IMG/VR virus record: IMGVR_UViG_3300035034_002381
Coordinates: 128,001-173,506 of that record
Length of the DNA stretch: 45,506 nt
Reading direction: 5' to 3' (one strand)
Source of the DNA: a virus
Lineage: Duplodnaviria; Heunggongvirae; Uroviricota; Caudoviricetes
The notes beneath the pieces were generated by a model that was not told the origin of the DNA, ran no database searches, and was given only the letters and a program-made list of their open reading frames with translations. The position numbers were made by a program, and so were the translations under genes. Of this stretch, positions 8,772-17,538 are shown piece after piece. How positions within the stretch are numbered: position 1 is the stretch's first letter; every line of letters starts with the position of its first letter.

Positions 8772-9961
8772 TGGAATTAGTACACTGCAATTTAAATATA
8801 GAAAATTCTTCGCGTGAAGAAATACTTAAAGAAATAGATCGACTCGAAGCTATCAGAAATGAAAAAGCTAACGAGGAACAAGGAATCAAAATTTTCATTA
8901 ACTCGATTTATGGGGCTTCTGCATCTGCATACTTTATAGGATTTAATCTTCGGGTTGCGGAATCGATAACTTTACAGGGACAAGATCTAATTTTCTTTGC
9001 AACTAAAATCCTTAATACATACTTTCAAAACAAGTGGCATAAAGATACAAAATTACATAAAGCTTTAGGTATCACTACTAAGGTTGAAAAAGTATTATCT
9101 GAAGTTGTAGTATATGGCGATACAGATTCTACTTATCTATCATTCCATGATGTAATGAAATCTTGTGATTGGCCTTTGGGCGATGGTAAAAATTTCGTAT
9201 TAGGTTTATATAAACACAGACTCAAGGATTATATTGAACAATGTTTCAATCTTTATGCGAAACGTTCAGGCACAGATAATATTCAAAAGCTAGAGCTTGA
9301 AAAAATTGCTTGGTCAGGTATTGTATTAGCAAAGAAAAAATATGTACTTGATTTAGCATGGAAAGATCCAGGTATTTCCTATGATCATTTAGCAAAAATC
9401 AGTCCGACTGGTGTTGAATTAGTGCAATCATCGACGCCCAAGTTTTGTCGAACACACCTCATGGATTTGTTGGAAATATTATTCAGAGAAAAACAAGATC
9501 TTAATCTTGTCAAGTTCACAGAAAAATTGCGCGAACTTAAAGAGCAATTTAAACTTTCTGATGTAACTGAAATATCCAAAAACACGAGTATTTCTGATTA
9601 TAACAAATACATCATACAAGATAAGGATAAATTGTCTATTGCTAAAAAATGTCCGGCTCATGTTCGTGCCGCTGGAATCTATAATTATAAAATCAACAAT
9701 AATCAAAAACTTAAGAGAAAATATCCACTGATTAAATCCGGTGATAAGGTTTCTTGGTATTACGCAAAGGCACCATTTAATGAAAAAGAGTTTGATGTTT
9801 TTGCATACACACCTGCCCATCATCCATATGAAATGGCACCCGAAGTTGATTATGATCGACAATTTTCTAAAGTAGTTATTGAACCTATCAATAGATTTGT
9901 TCAAACTATGAAATTTGGTGCAATACCGCCAAACTTAATAACGTCAAAAAGATTATTTTGA
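8771..9961 (+). CDS. gp43: Family B DNA polymerase, C-terminal subunit of a split enzyme (fingers-palm-thumb)
   Basis: Motif B KIFINSIYG, ITLQGQ, motif C YGDTDS, KKKY, GVELVQSSTPKFCR. No exonuclease domain and no motif A (DxxSLYP). Confidence 0.92.
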   Translation: MELVHCNLNIENSSREEILKEIDRLEAIRNEKANEEQGIKIFINSIYGASASAYFIGFNLRVAESITLQGQDLIFFATKILNTYFQNKWHKDTKLHKALGITTKVEKVLSEVVVYGDTDSTYLSFHDVMKSCDWPLGDGKNFVLGLYKHRLKDYIEQCFNLYAKRSGTDNIQKLELEKIAWSGIVLAKKKYVLDLAWKDPGISYDHLAKISPTGVELVQSSTPKFCRTHLMDLLEILFREKQDLNLVKFTEKLRELKEQFKLSDVTEISKNTSISDYNKYIIQDKDKLSIAKKCPAHVRAAGIYNYKINNNQKLKRKYPLIKSGDKVSWYYAKAPFNEKEFDVFAYTPAHHPYEMAPEVDYDRQFSKVVIEPINRFVQTMKFGAIPPNLITSKRLF

Positions 9962-9982
9962 CAATAAAATAAAAATCAAAAA

Positions 9983-11281
9983 ATGGCTAAAAAATTATCT
10001 TTCGCTGACTTAGACAGCAAATTAACAAAAATATCGCCTTATGGTTCTGTATTAACAAAAAATTCATTTTCCAAAATAGATGAATGGATTCCTACCGGGA
10101 ATTATATGTTTAATGCACAAATATCCGGTTCTATTTTTGGTGGAGTCCCTAACTGCAGATCATTTTGTATTGCTGGAGATTCAGGTACAGGAAAAACATT
10201 TCTTACATTAAATATCTGTAGAGAAGCACAAAATATGGGTTATGATATTATTTATTGTGATTCTGAAGCAGCAGTTGATCAAGATGTCTTTGAAAAATTC
10301 GGTATGGATCCCGAAAGAGTTAGATATCAACCTGTCAGTACAATCCAAGAATTCATGACATTTGTGAATAATTTAGTAAAAATGTTATCAGAAACTAGAG
10401 CTGCAGGTGGAGAAACGCCTAAAGTGTTTCTCGTACTTGATTCGTTGGGTAACTTGGCGTCATCAAAAGAAAAAGATGATGCAGTTACTGGTAGAGGCGT
10501 AAGAGACATGACAAAACAACAAATCATCAGGTCTCTTTTCAGAACAGCTACTGTAGATTTAGCTGCTAACAAAGTTCCCTTTATAATTACAAATCATACT
10601 TATCAAGGAATTGGTATGTTTGCTAAAAAGGAAATCTCTGGTGGTGGTGGTATCGCATTTAATCCATCTATTATTGTAATGCTTGGAAAGTCTAAGCTTA
10701 AAGAAGAAACAAAAAGTTCTAAAAATGCTGAAATGGCAAGTACAGGAATTATTGTGACTTCTAGACCTAGAAAAAACAGATTTGCTAAACCTATTCCTGT
10801 CAGATTTCACATATCGTTTTTCAAGGGGATGAATAAATACACAGGACTAGAGAAATATATCAACTGGGATTCTTGTGGTATTGAAAAGGGCGATATGCTT
10901 GATCAAAAATGGTTTGATAAGTTATCTAAAGAAAAACAAGCGGCATTCGATCTGGACAGATATTCGTGGGTTGAGAAAAAACCTATTATGAAGAAAAATA
11001 AAGATGGTGAGGAAACAGAGTCGGGTGAATTCGAAGAAATTACCAGATATTTTGTGCCTAAGCCAACAGCAAGATCTATAGTAGTTAGACATTTAAATGA
11101 AAGACTACCTAAAAAAGAATTATTTACACCAAAAGTAATTACTGACGATATATTACATCAAATAGATGATAATCTGATTAAACCATTGTTTATGCTGCCT
11201 GAAATTGGAAGCTTGGAAGATTTATCTGAAATTGAGGATCTTGATGAATCAAGTTTAGATGAAGAATTAGAAGAACTATAG
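9983..11281 (+). CDS. uvsX: RecA/UvsX-like recombinase
   Basis: IPTGNYMFNAQISG, Walker A GDSGTGKT, DSEAA, LVLDSLGNL, ITNHTY, SGGGG, KNRF. Confidence 0.93.
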   Translation: MAKKLSFADLDSKLTKISPYGSVLTKNSFSKIDEWIPTGNYMFNAQISGSIFGGVPNCRSFCIAGDSGTGKTFLTLNICREAQNMGYDIIYCDSEAAVDQDVFEKFGMDPERVRYQPVSTIQEFMTFVNNLVKMLSETRAAGGETPKVFLVLDSLGNLASSKEKDDAVTGRGVRDMTKQQIIRSLFRTATVDLAANKVPFIITNHTYQGIGMFAKKEISGGGGIAFNPSIIVMLGKSKLKEETKSSKNAEMASTGIIVTSRPRKNRFAKPIPVRFHISFFKGMNKYTGLEKYINWDSCGIEKGDMLDQKWFDKLSKEKQAAFDLDRYSWVEKKPIMKKNKDGEETESGEFEEITRYFVPKPTARSIVVRHLNERLPKKELFTPKVITDDILHQIDDNLIKPLFMLPEIGSLEDLSEIEDLDESSLDEELEEL

Positions 11282-11284
11282 TCT

Positions 11285-11578
11285 ATGATAGAAATAGATT
11301 ACGATAAAGTAAAAATGAAACATTATCTCTATGTCCAGCTCGATAAAGAAAAGCTGGACATAGAGTATGCTTTATATGAATTGTTGCATATTTTCAAAGA
11401 AAAAGCTTATAAGAAGAGTAAAACTATTAAGCAATTAATATGGGATGGGTATTCATATAAAACAGAAAAACATAGTACCCAGGAAATATTTGATATGATG
11501 GAATCAAAAGGTTGGGTAGAAACAGAAATTAAAAGAGGCAGAACTTATTATAGTATTCTTGATCATCCATGGAAATAA
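11285..11578 (+). CDS. Small protein, possible winged-helix DNA-binding
   Basis: 97 aa. TQEIFDMMESKGWVETEIKRGRTYYSI resembles a wHTH recognition helix plus wing. Confidence 0.5.
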   Translation: MIEIDYDKVKMKHYLYVQLDKEKLDIEYALYELLHIFKEKAYKKSKTIKQLIWDGYSYKTEKHSTQEIFDMMESKGWVETEIKRGRTYYSILDHPWK

Positions 11579-11581
11579 AGT

Positions 11582-11608
11582 AAACTTTTTACAAAAAAAG
11601 TAATATAA
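11582..11608 (+). promoter_or_regulatory. Putative middle promoter AAAC-N17-ATATAA (copy 4)
   Basis: AAAC 11582-11585, ATATAA 11603-11608, upstream of helicase. Confidence 0.72.
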
Positions 11609-11616
11609 ACTTTAAT

Positions 11617-12918
11617 ATGGTAAATGTAAATTTAGAAAAAATATTTTATTCATATATTCTTGAAAGTAAAGAATATATTCATGTAGTCAATTCGGGATTT
11701 TTTGAATCTGAAGAAATAGGTGGATTATTTAAAGTCGCAAGAGAATTTTTTAGTGATTACAATAAAACTCCATCAAGAGACCAAATAAAGGAACTAGTAT
11801 TATTAAAAGGTCTAGAAGAAACACTCAATGAAAAGAAAATCGATATTATTTACGATGTCGATATGTCACAATATGATGAAGAATGGCTTCAGTCTAGTGT
11901 TGAAACATGGATAGAGTATAAAAATCTTGATAAGTCAGTATTTGATCTTATCAATTATATGAAGACTACTAATGTCACTACTGAAAATATCAAAGAAGTA
12001 GTCGAAACTGCCAAGTCTATTATATTAGAAAAGAATAATCTTGATTTTAAATTTGATGAAGGTTTAGATTTCTACAATCCTGATTCCCATGATCAACCAA
12101 TATCTGATACATTTTCTACTGGATATCCACACCTAGATCTTGTGACTGGTGGAGGATTCTCTATTAAAACATTGTGGGTATTTTTGGGCCAAGCAAAAGT
12201 TGGAAAAAGTATTTGGCTAGCAAATATGGCAACAAGTTCTATTCGAATGGGATATAACGCGGCATATATTTCTATGGAAATGCGAGATAGAAAGGTTATT
12301 AAAAGACTAGGTGCCAACTTACTCGGTATTAAAATGTCTGATTATAACCAGATAGCTCGTGATAAAGATAAAATCAAAAATAAGATTAAGAATATACAGT
12401 TTGATAATCTTACAACACCTGGAAGACTTTATGTAAAAGAATATCCAACTTCTACAGCTTCAGTACAAGATATTGAAAGATGGCTTAAGAAAATGGAAGA
12501 GATGAAAGGTATTAGATTTAAAACAGTTTTTGTCGATTACATAAATATTATGAGAAACTGGAGAAATCCAAACTCAGAAAATACATACATGAAAATTAAG
12601 CAATTGGCCGAAGATTTACGGGCAATGGCAGTTAGAAACGAGTGGTGTGTTGTGACAGCTACTCAAGTAAATAGAGGGGGATTTGATAGCTCTGACTTGT
12701 CCTTTTCAAACGTATCTGAATCAGCAGCATTAATACATACTATTGATGCCATGTGGGGTATTATTCAAGAACCTACAATGCATGCGGATTGCAAATATAT
12801 ACTTAAATTATTGGCAAACCGAGATGATGGATACAAAAATTCAAAAAAGAGATTCGATATAAATTATGAATACATGAGGATTACAGAAGATGAATCTCAA
12901 ATGTGGAGCGATGAATAA
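11617..12918 (+). CDS. gp41: Replicative DnaB-like helicase (T4 gp41)
   Basis: STGYPHLDLVTGGG, Walker A GQAKVGKS, ISMEM, KEYPT, VFVDYINIM, TATQVNR, NRD arginine-finger region. Confidence 0.93.
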   Translation: MVNVNLEKIFYSYILESKEYIHVVNSGFFESEEIGGLFKVAREFFSDYNKTPSRDQIKELVLLKGLEETLNEKKIDIIYDVDMSQYDEEWLQSSVETWIEYKNLDKSVFDLINYMKTTNVTTENIKEVVETAKSIILEKNNLDFKFDEGLDFYNPDSHDQPISDTFSTGYPHLDLVTGGGFSIKTLWVFLGQAKVGKSIWLANMATSSIRMGYNAAYISMEMRDRKVIKRLGANLLGIKMSDYNQIARDKDKIKNKIKNIQFDNLTTPGRLYVKEYPTSTASVQDIERWLKKMEEMKGIRFKTVFVDYINIMRNWRNPNSENTYMKIKQLAEDLRAMAVRNEWCVVTATQVNRGGFDSSDLSFSNVSESAALIHTIDAMWGIIQEPTMHADCKYILKLLANRDDGYKNSKKRFDINYEYMRITEDESQMWSDE

Positions 12919-12921
12919 ACT

Positions 12922-13368
12922 ATGGTATATAAGAAAAAGAAAACAAACAAGGTATTTGACAATGATTATAACACGGGAAATTTAGACTTTGAATTTTTTG
13001 GTGAAATTAGTGTCAAGAGTGAAATTTCCGAAAAATTCACTGATGGTTCATACACAGAATACGAGCGTAAAGAATTAAGAACGGAACTATATGATATTTT
13101 CATAGAAGCAGATTTCTATAAAAAATATTCTGTGATTAAAAAAGTTCCAAAAAATGACATGCAAACAATTTACTATTACTTTGCAAGTCGTATAACACAA
13201 AATAAATATTCGTCAGTTCAGACATTTACTGAAATTGCTGATTTTATGAAACTTGATTATAAAGCTATGTTTCAGAAATTGATGCCAATAGAAAAACAAT
13301 TAATTATAGCTGAACTTGATAAAGATTTCGATATTATCGAAAAGAAGAATATAAAAAGACTTTTTTAA
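12922..13368 (+). CDS. Hypothetical protein; candidate gp33-like late-transcription coactivator
   Basis: 148 aa. C-terminal helical pattern is gp33-like by eye; ends KRLF as the polymerase does. Confidence 0.4.
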   Translation: MVYKKKKTNKVFDNDYNTGNLDFEFFGEISVKSEISEKFTDGSYTEYERKELRTELYDIFIEADFYKKYSVIKKVPKNDMQTIYYYFASRITQNKYSSVQTFTEIADFMKLDYKAMFQKLMPIEKQLIIAELDKDFDIIEKKNIKRLF

Positions 13369-13371
13369 TTT

Positions 13372-14502
13372 ATGGTAGATTATAAAGCACCTATTGAAAA
13401 ATACCCTGACATTAAAAGATTTTTTATCCTTAGTGACACACACTTTGGTGTAAGATCTAATTCTGTAGAATGGTTAGAAATTCAACGAGATTATTTCTAT
13501 AACTGGTTCATTCCGATGATAAAAGAAAATTATCGAGAAGGTGATGCGTTAATTCATTGTGGTGATGTATTTGATTCAAGACAAAGTCTTAATCTTCGAG
13601 TTATGAATACTGCTATGGAAATTTTTGAAGAACTATCTAAAATACTTCCTGTTTTTATTATATGTGGTAATCATGACATATATCATAAAAAATCAAACGA
13701 AATTAATTCTATTAAAATCTTTAATTGGTTAGATAATGTCCATGTTTATGAACAACCTGTAGTTTTGAATATTAACAGTGGGGACACAAACGCATTATTG
13801 ATGCCATGGAAAGACACGCAAGAAGAAGAACAAAGCGTCATTAATGCTAATCCGGCAGATTATTTATTTTGTCATACTGATATTCGAGGTCTCAAATTTA
13901 ATTCTTATGTTGAGGTAGAGCATGGTTTAGGTGCAGCAGAATTCACAACATTCAAAAAGGTTTATTCTGGCCATATACATTTTGCACAAACTAATGGAAA
14001 TATTAGAATGGTAGGTTGTCCATTACCTATGACTCGTAGTGACATTGGAAACACTAAGTCAATATGGACTATTAATTTTGAAAATGACGAAGATTCTAGT
14101 GTGGAAAATCATTATTCACCAAAATTTATTAGAATGAAATTGGAAAACGTTCTTGAAAAAAATTATGGCGAACTTAAAGAAATATTCAAAAATAATTTTG
14201 TTGATATTCTTGTGCATTCCAGTTTAGGTCAATCCTTTCCGTTTAGTAGCTTTCTTGATGCATTTGCTGAAGTTAATTATCGTAAACTTAATTACATTAT
14301 TACAACGATGGGTGATGGAGACGAAATTGATTTAGAAGATTATAATGAAGAAATGGAAAAAGAAATTGATCTTCTTAAACTTATTTCTTTGTATATCGAT
14401 AACCTAGCATATAGTGATTCTATCAAAGGAAAACTTAAAAAAATATCTAATCGCTTCTATCATGAAAGTATACGTTCAGCTGAGGAAGAAGTTATAGGCT
14501 AA
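13372..14502 (+). CDS. gp47: Mre11/SbcD-like recombination nuclease (T4 gp47)
   Basis: Metallophosphoesterase motifs SDTHFG, GDVFD, GNHD, CHTD, SGHIH. Confidence 0.93.
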   Translation: MVDYKAPIEKYPDIKRFFILSDTHFGVRSNSVEWLEIQRDYFYNWFIPMIKENYREGDALIHCGDVFDSRQSLNLRVMNTAMEIFEELSKILPVFIICGNHDIYHKKSNEINSIKIFNWLDNVHVYEQPVVLNINSGDTNALLMPWKDTQEEEQSVINANPADYLFCHTDIRGLKFNSYVEVEHGLGAAEFTTFKKVYSGHIHFAQTNGNIRMVGCPLPMTRSDIGNTKSIWTINFENDEDSSVENHYSPKFIRMKLENVLEKNYGELKEIFKNNFVDILVHSSLGQSFPFSSFLDAFAEVNYRKLNYIITTMGDGDEIDLEDYNEEMEKEIDLLKLISLYIDNLAYSDSIKGKLKKISNRFYHESIRSAEEEVIG

Positions 14503-14505
14503 AAT

Positions 14506-16179
14506 ATGAAAATTAAAAAAATAGAATGGAAAAATTTTGGAAGTTATGGAAATAAACTTCAAAGTTTAGAATTTACTAATAATGAAGGAAATTTTTATCT
14601 TGTCCTAGGACAAAACGGCTCAGGTAAAAGTACAATTTCGGACGTAATTAAATTTTCTTTGTATGGTAAATTACAAAAGAAAAAATTAAAGGATATCCCG
14701 AATAGATTTAATGGTGCTGCTTGGTGTAGAATAACTTTAGATAAAGATGCATTTACCGAGGTTATTATAGAACGTGGAGTAAATCCAGGTATTCTTAATT
14801 GTTTTGTGAATGCCCAGGAATATGATCAAGCAGGAAAAAGAAATGTTCAACAATATATTGAGGAAGAAGTTATTGGACTCCCGTTTTATGTGTTTAACAA
14901 CATTATATCATTGTCTATAAATGATTTCAAGTCATTTTTGAGTATGCGCCCTTCCGATAAAAGAGCTATTATTGACAAAATATTTAGTTTAGAAATAATT
15001 AATAGAATCAGAACACATGTAAAATCTGAAATTAGAAAAATCAGAGACTCGATTTTAGTACTTGATAAAGAAATTGATGTACTTACAAGTTCTATGATAA
15101 ATTCGGAAAATGAATTAAGAAAATTAGAAGAATTTGTTCAAGAAGATAATGAAAACAAAATATCTGAGTATAAAAATAAGATAGTCGAATTTAATGCATT
15201 TCTTGATGTGAAAAGAAATGAGCTTGTTTCATTGGAAGAAAAGAAAGCTACAGTAGATGAGAAAAACCTTAATGTTAGTACAATCATCAAAAAATTACAA
15301 AATAATATTTACCATATTGAGCAGCGTGAAAAAGTTTATGAAAACGACAAATGTCCTACATGTGAAAGTGATTTAACAACGGATGATCATAAAAACCGAC
15401 ATGATGAATGGTTATCTAAAAAGTCAGATATGCGGGAAAGATTAGATAAAGTTTCTGAAAATAAGCGTAAAATCAAAGAAGCGACTGTTAAAATAGATAA
15501 CGTTAGAAAAACATTAAACGCACATATTCAGAGAGCTAAAATCAATATTGAAAGTTATCAAAAAGAACTGAAAAAACTTGATACTCAAGATAATGATAAA
15601 CAAACAGAGTATTTAGGAAATATTATCAATGATCTTAAAAGCAAACAAGTAGTTTCTAAGAAAAGAAAAGGTACAGAAGAGAAAAAATCAAATTTTTTTA
15701 AAATTCTAGAAGATATATTTGGAGATAAAGGTGTTAAACAACTTGCGATTAAAAGAATTCTTCCAAGTTTAAATACAGAAATCAATAGAATCATTAAAGA
15801 GCTTAATATGGAATATCGTGTTATGTTTAATGAAGAGTTTGATGCAGAAATCAACCACCTCGGATACCCAGTATCTTCTGATATGCTTAGTACAGGAGAA
15901 CGCAAAAAGGTTGATTTCGCAGTATTGATATCTTTGATAAGATTAATGAAACTAAAGTTCCAAGGACTCAATATAATATTTCTCGATGAAATTTTTAGTT
16001 CAATAGATTCAGATGGAATACATCATATATTGAAGATATTGGCAAACACTTGTAAAGAATTAAATTTAAATACATTTGTGATTAATCACAGTCAGTTACC
16101 TGTTGAAATTTTTGATTATACTCTTAATGTAGAAAAAACGAATAATTTTTCAAATATAGAATTGGAAAAAGTAGAATAG
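14506..16179 (+). CDS. gp46: Rad50/SbcC-like ATPase (T4 gp46)
   Basis: GQNGSGKST, coiled coil with zinc hook CPTC, signature LSTGE, Walker B FLDEIFSSID, INH. Confidence 0.95.
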   Translation: MKIKKIEWKNFGSYGNKLQSLEFTNNEGNFYLVLGQNGSGKSTISDVIKFSLYGKLQKKKLKDIPNRFNGAAWCRITLDKDAFTEVIIERGVNPGILNCFVNAQEYDQAGKRNVQQYIEEEVIGLPFYVFNNIISLSINDFKSFLSMRPSDKRAIIDKIFSLEIINRIRTHVKSEIRKIRDSILVLDKEIDVLTSSMINSENELRKLEEFVQEDNENKISEYKNKIVEFNAFLDVKRNELVSLEEKKATVDEKNLNVSTIIKKLQNNIYHIEQREKVYENDKCPTCESDLTTDDHKNRHDEWLSKKSDMRERLDKVSENKRKIKEATVKIDNVRKTLNAHIQRAKINIESYQKELKKLDTQDNDKQTEYLGNIINDLKSKQVVSKKRKGTEEKKSNFFKILEDIFGDKGVKQLAIKRILPSLNTEINRIIKELNMEYRVMFNEEFDAEINHLGYPVSSDMLSTGERKKVDFAVLISLIRLMKLKFQGLNIIFLDEIFSSIDSDGIHHILKILANTCKELNLNTFVINHSQLPVEIFDYTLNVEKTNNFSNIELEKVE

Positions 16180-16186
16180 ATATATA
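16179..16186 (+). promoter_or_regulatory. Putative late promoter GATATATA
   Basis: Motif recurs upstream of structural genes (17499, 21913, 30003, 34599, 39046, 40241). Confidence 0.62.
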
Positions 16187-16194
16187 TATTACTA

Positions 16195-16260
16195 ATGAAT
16201 ATAGGCAACAAACATAATTCCGATGATATGAATATAGGCAACAAACATAATTCCGATGAT
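16195..16260 (+). repeat. Perfect 33-bp tandem duplication including the start codon
   Basis: ATGAATATAGGCAACAAACATAATTCCGATGAT x2 (16195-16227, 16228-16260). Confidence 0.95.
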
Positions 16261-17481
16261 GTATTTTCCAGGGCTATTGTAGTAGGTTTGATAAACCTGT
16301 TAAACAATAAAATTCAATATGAAAATTATCTTTCAGAAACAGATAAAAAAGATATAATTGAAGTACCATGGTTTTTCAATCAATCTGGTGATGAAAGATT
16401 TATGCAAGATTTTTTTCAACACTGGGATAATTGCATTCATCCTAAACTTGCTACAGGGAATTATGATATAATCCCAAGAGGGGTCGTAACTTTAATTGAT
16501 GAAACTATTGACACTGGTTCTATGACGAACAGATTTGTCCGCGGATCAAGAGTCAAAGAAGTTAATGGTCAATTGCAAACATTTAGTGCATTTTTAAATT
16601 CTATACCATTAAATATAAGTTTTGATTGTGTCATTGAAACTGATACTTATTTAGATTCATTGAAAATTAGACAAACGATTATTGAAACATTTTATGCTGT
16701 ACAAGTTTATCACGTAACTTACAAAGGCGTTAAGATACCTTGTCAGGTCGGATTTCCCGAGCAAGTCGGAATTGATAAGACGTTTGAATACTCGTATGGT
16801 GACGATACTAAAACAAGACTGACATTTGATCTGTCTTTACAAACATTTCAACCAGTATTTGATAAAACTACAGAAAGACATAATGCTAACAGAATGAATT
16901 CAATTTCAGTAGGAATGGATACTGGTAGTCAAGATTTTAAAAGCATCACCATTACTAGTCCAGAAATAAATGATGAATTTTATTCATATCAGGATATGAG
17001 ATTGGAATGGCAAGATACAGGTACAATTCTTAGGGTTAATTTATCATATCAAATAGACAATTCTGGTGATTGGAAGCCGATAGAAAATTCTGTTATTAAT
17101 TCGGGTTCATATTTATGGGCGGTACCAACATTTCAAGATACTTATCCCAGTGCAGTATTTTCTCAGAATTCTAATTATCCTGCGATACTAAAAGTTTTTG
17201 TAAATGGGTTAGGTGAAATTGAAGAAATTAAAATTATAGAAGGTGGTGATACATACACAAACGAACTAAAAATAACAATTGAAGAAAATAAAGATGGTAA
17301 AGATGGTATTACACCAGCTCAAATTAATCCTATTATTGTTGGTGGGTCAATTATCGATGTAGAAATAATTTCCCCAGGATTAGGCTATACACCTACAGAG
17401 GAATTTACTGCCAAATTTAGAATTGAAAATACTACAGACCCGTCAATATATGACGAAATAGACAATATTAAATTAAGATAA
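16195..17481 (+). CDS. Tail terminator/sheath stabiliser (gp15-like) with C-terminal Ig-like extension
   Basis: N-terminal IEVPW...IPRG...SIPLNISF...QTIIETFY...LTFDLSLQT resembles gp15. C-terminal ITITSP...W...NSGSYLWAVP domain plus GGxxYT-type repeats. Confidence 0.6.
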   Translation: MNIGNKHNSDDMNIGNKHNSDDVFSRAIVVGLINLLNNKIQYENYLSETDKKDIIEVPWFFNQSGDERFMQDFFQHWDNCIHPKLATGNYDIIPRGVVTLIDETIDTGSMTNRFVRGSRVKEVNGQLQTFSAFLNSIPLNISFDCVIETDTYLDSLKIRQTIIETFYAVQVYHVTYKGVKIPCQVGFPEQVGIDKTFEYSYGDDTKTRLTFDLSLQTFQPVFDKTTERHNANRMNSISVGMDTGSQDFKSITITSPEINDEFYSYQDMRLEWQDTGTILRVNLSYQIDNSGDWKPIENSVINSGSYLWAVPTFQDTYPSAVFSQNSNYPAILKVFVNGLGEIEEIKIIEGGDTYTNELKITIEENKDGKDGITPAQINPIIVGGSIIDVEIISPGLGYTPTEEFTAKFRIENTTDPSIYDEIDNIKLR

Positions 17482-17498
17482 AAAATTAATTTAAGTTA

Positions 17499-17507
17499 GA
17501 TATATAC
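17499..17507 (+). promoter_or_regulatory. Putative late promoter GATATATAC
   Basis: Intergenic, about 30 nt upstream of the 17539 start. Confidence 0.65.
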
Positions 17508-17538
17508 ATTAGAAATAAACCGAAAATAATACACTATA

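Noticed and set aside
8771-8890. Split intein at the polymerase N-terminus (MELVHCN...)
   Set aside because: No IntC block F/G pattern ending in HN followed by C/S/T; the segment reads as a fingers helix.
16195-16260. CRISPR array
   Set aside because: Two abutting 33-bp copies with no spacer, in frame within a gene; no cas genes in the window.
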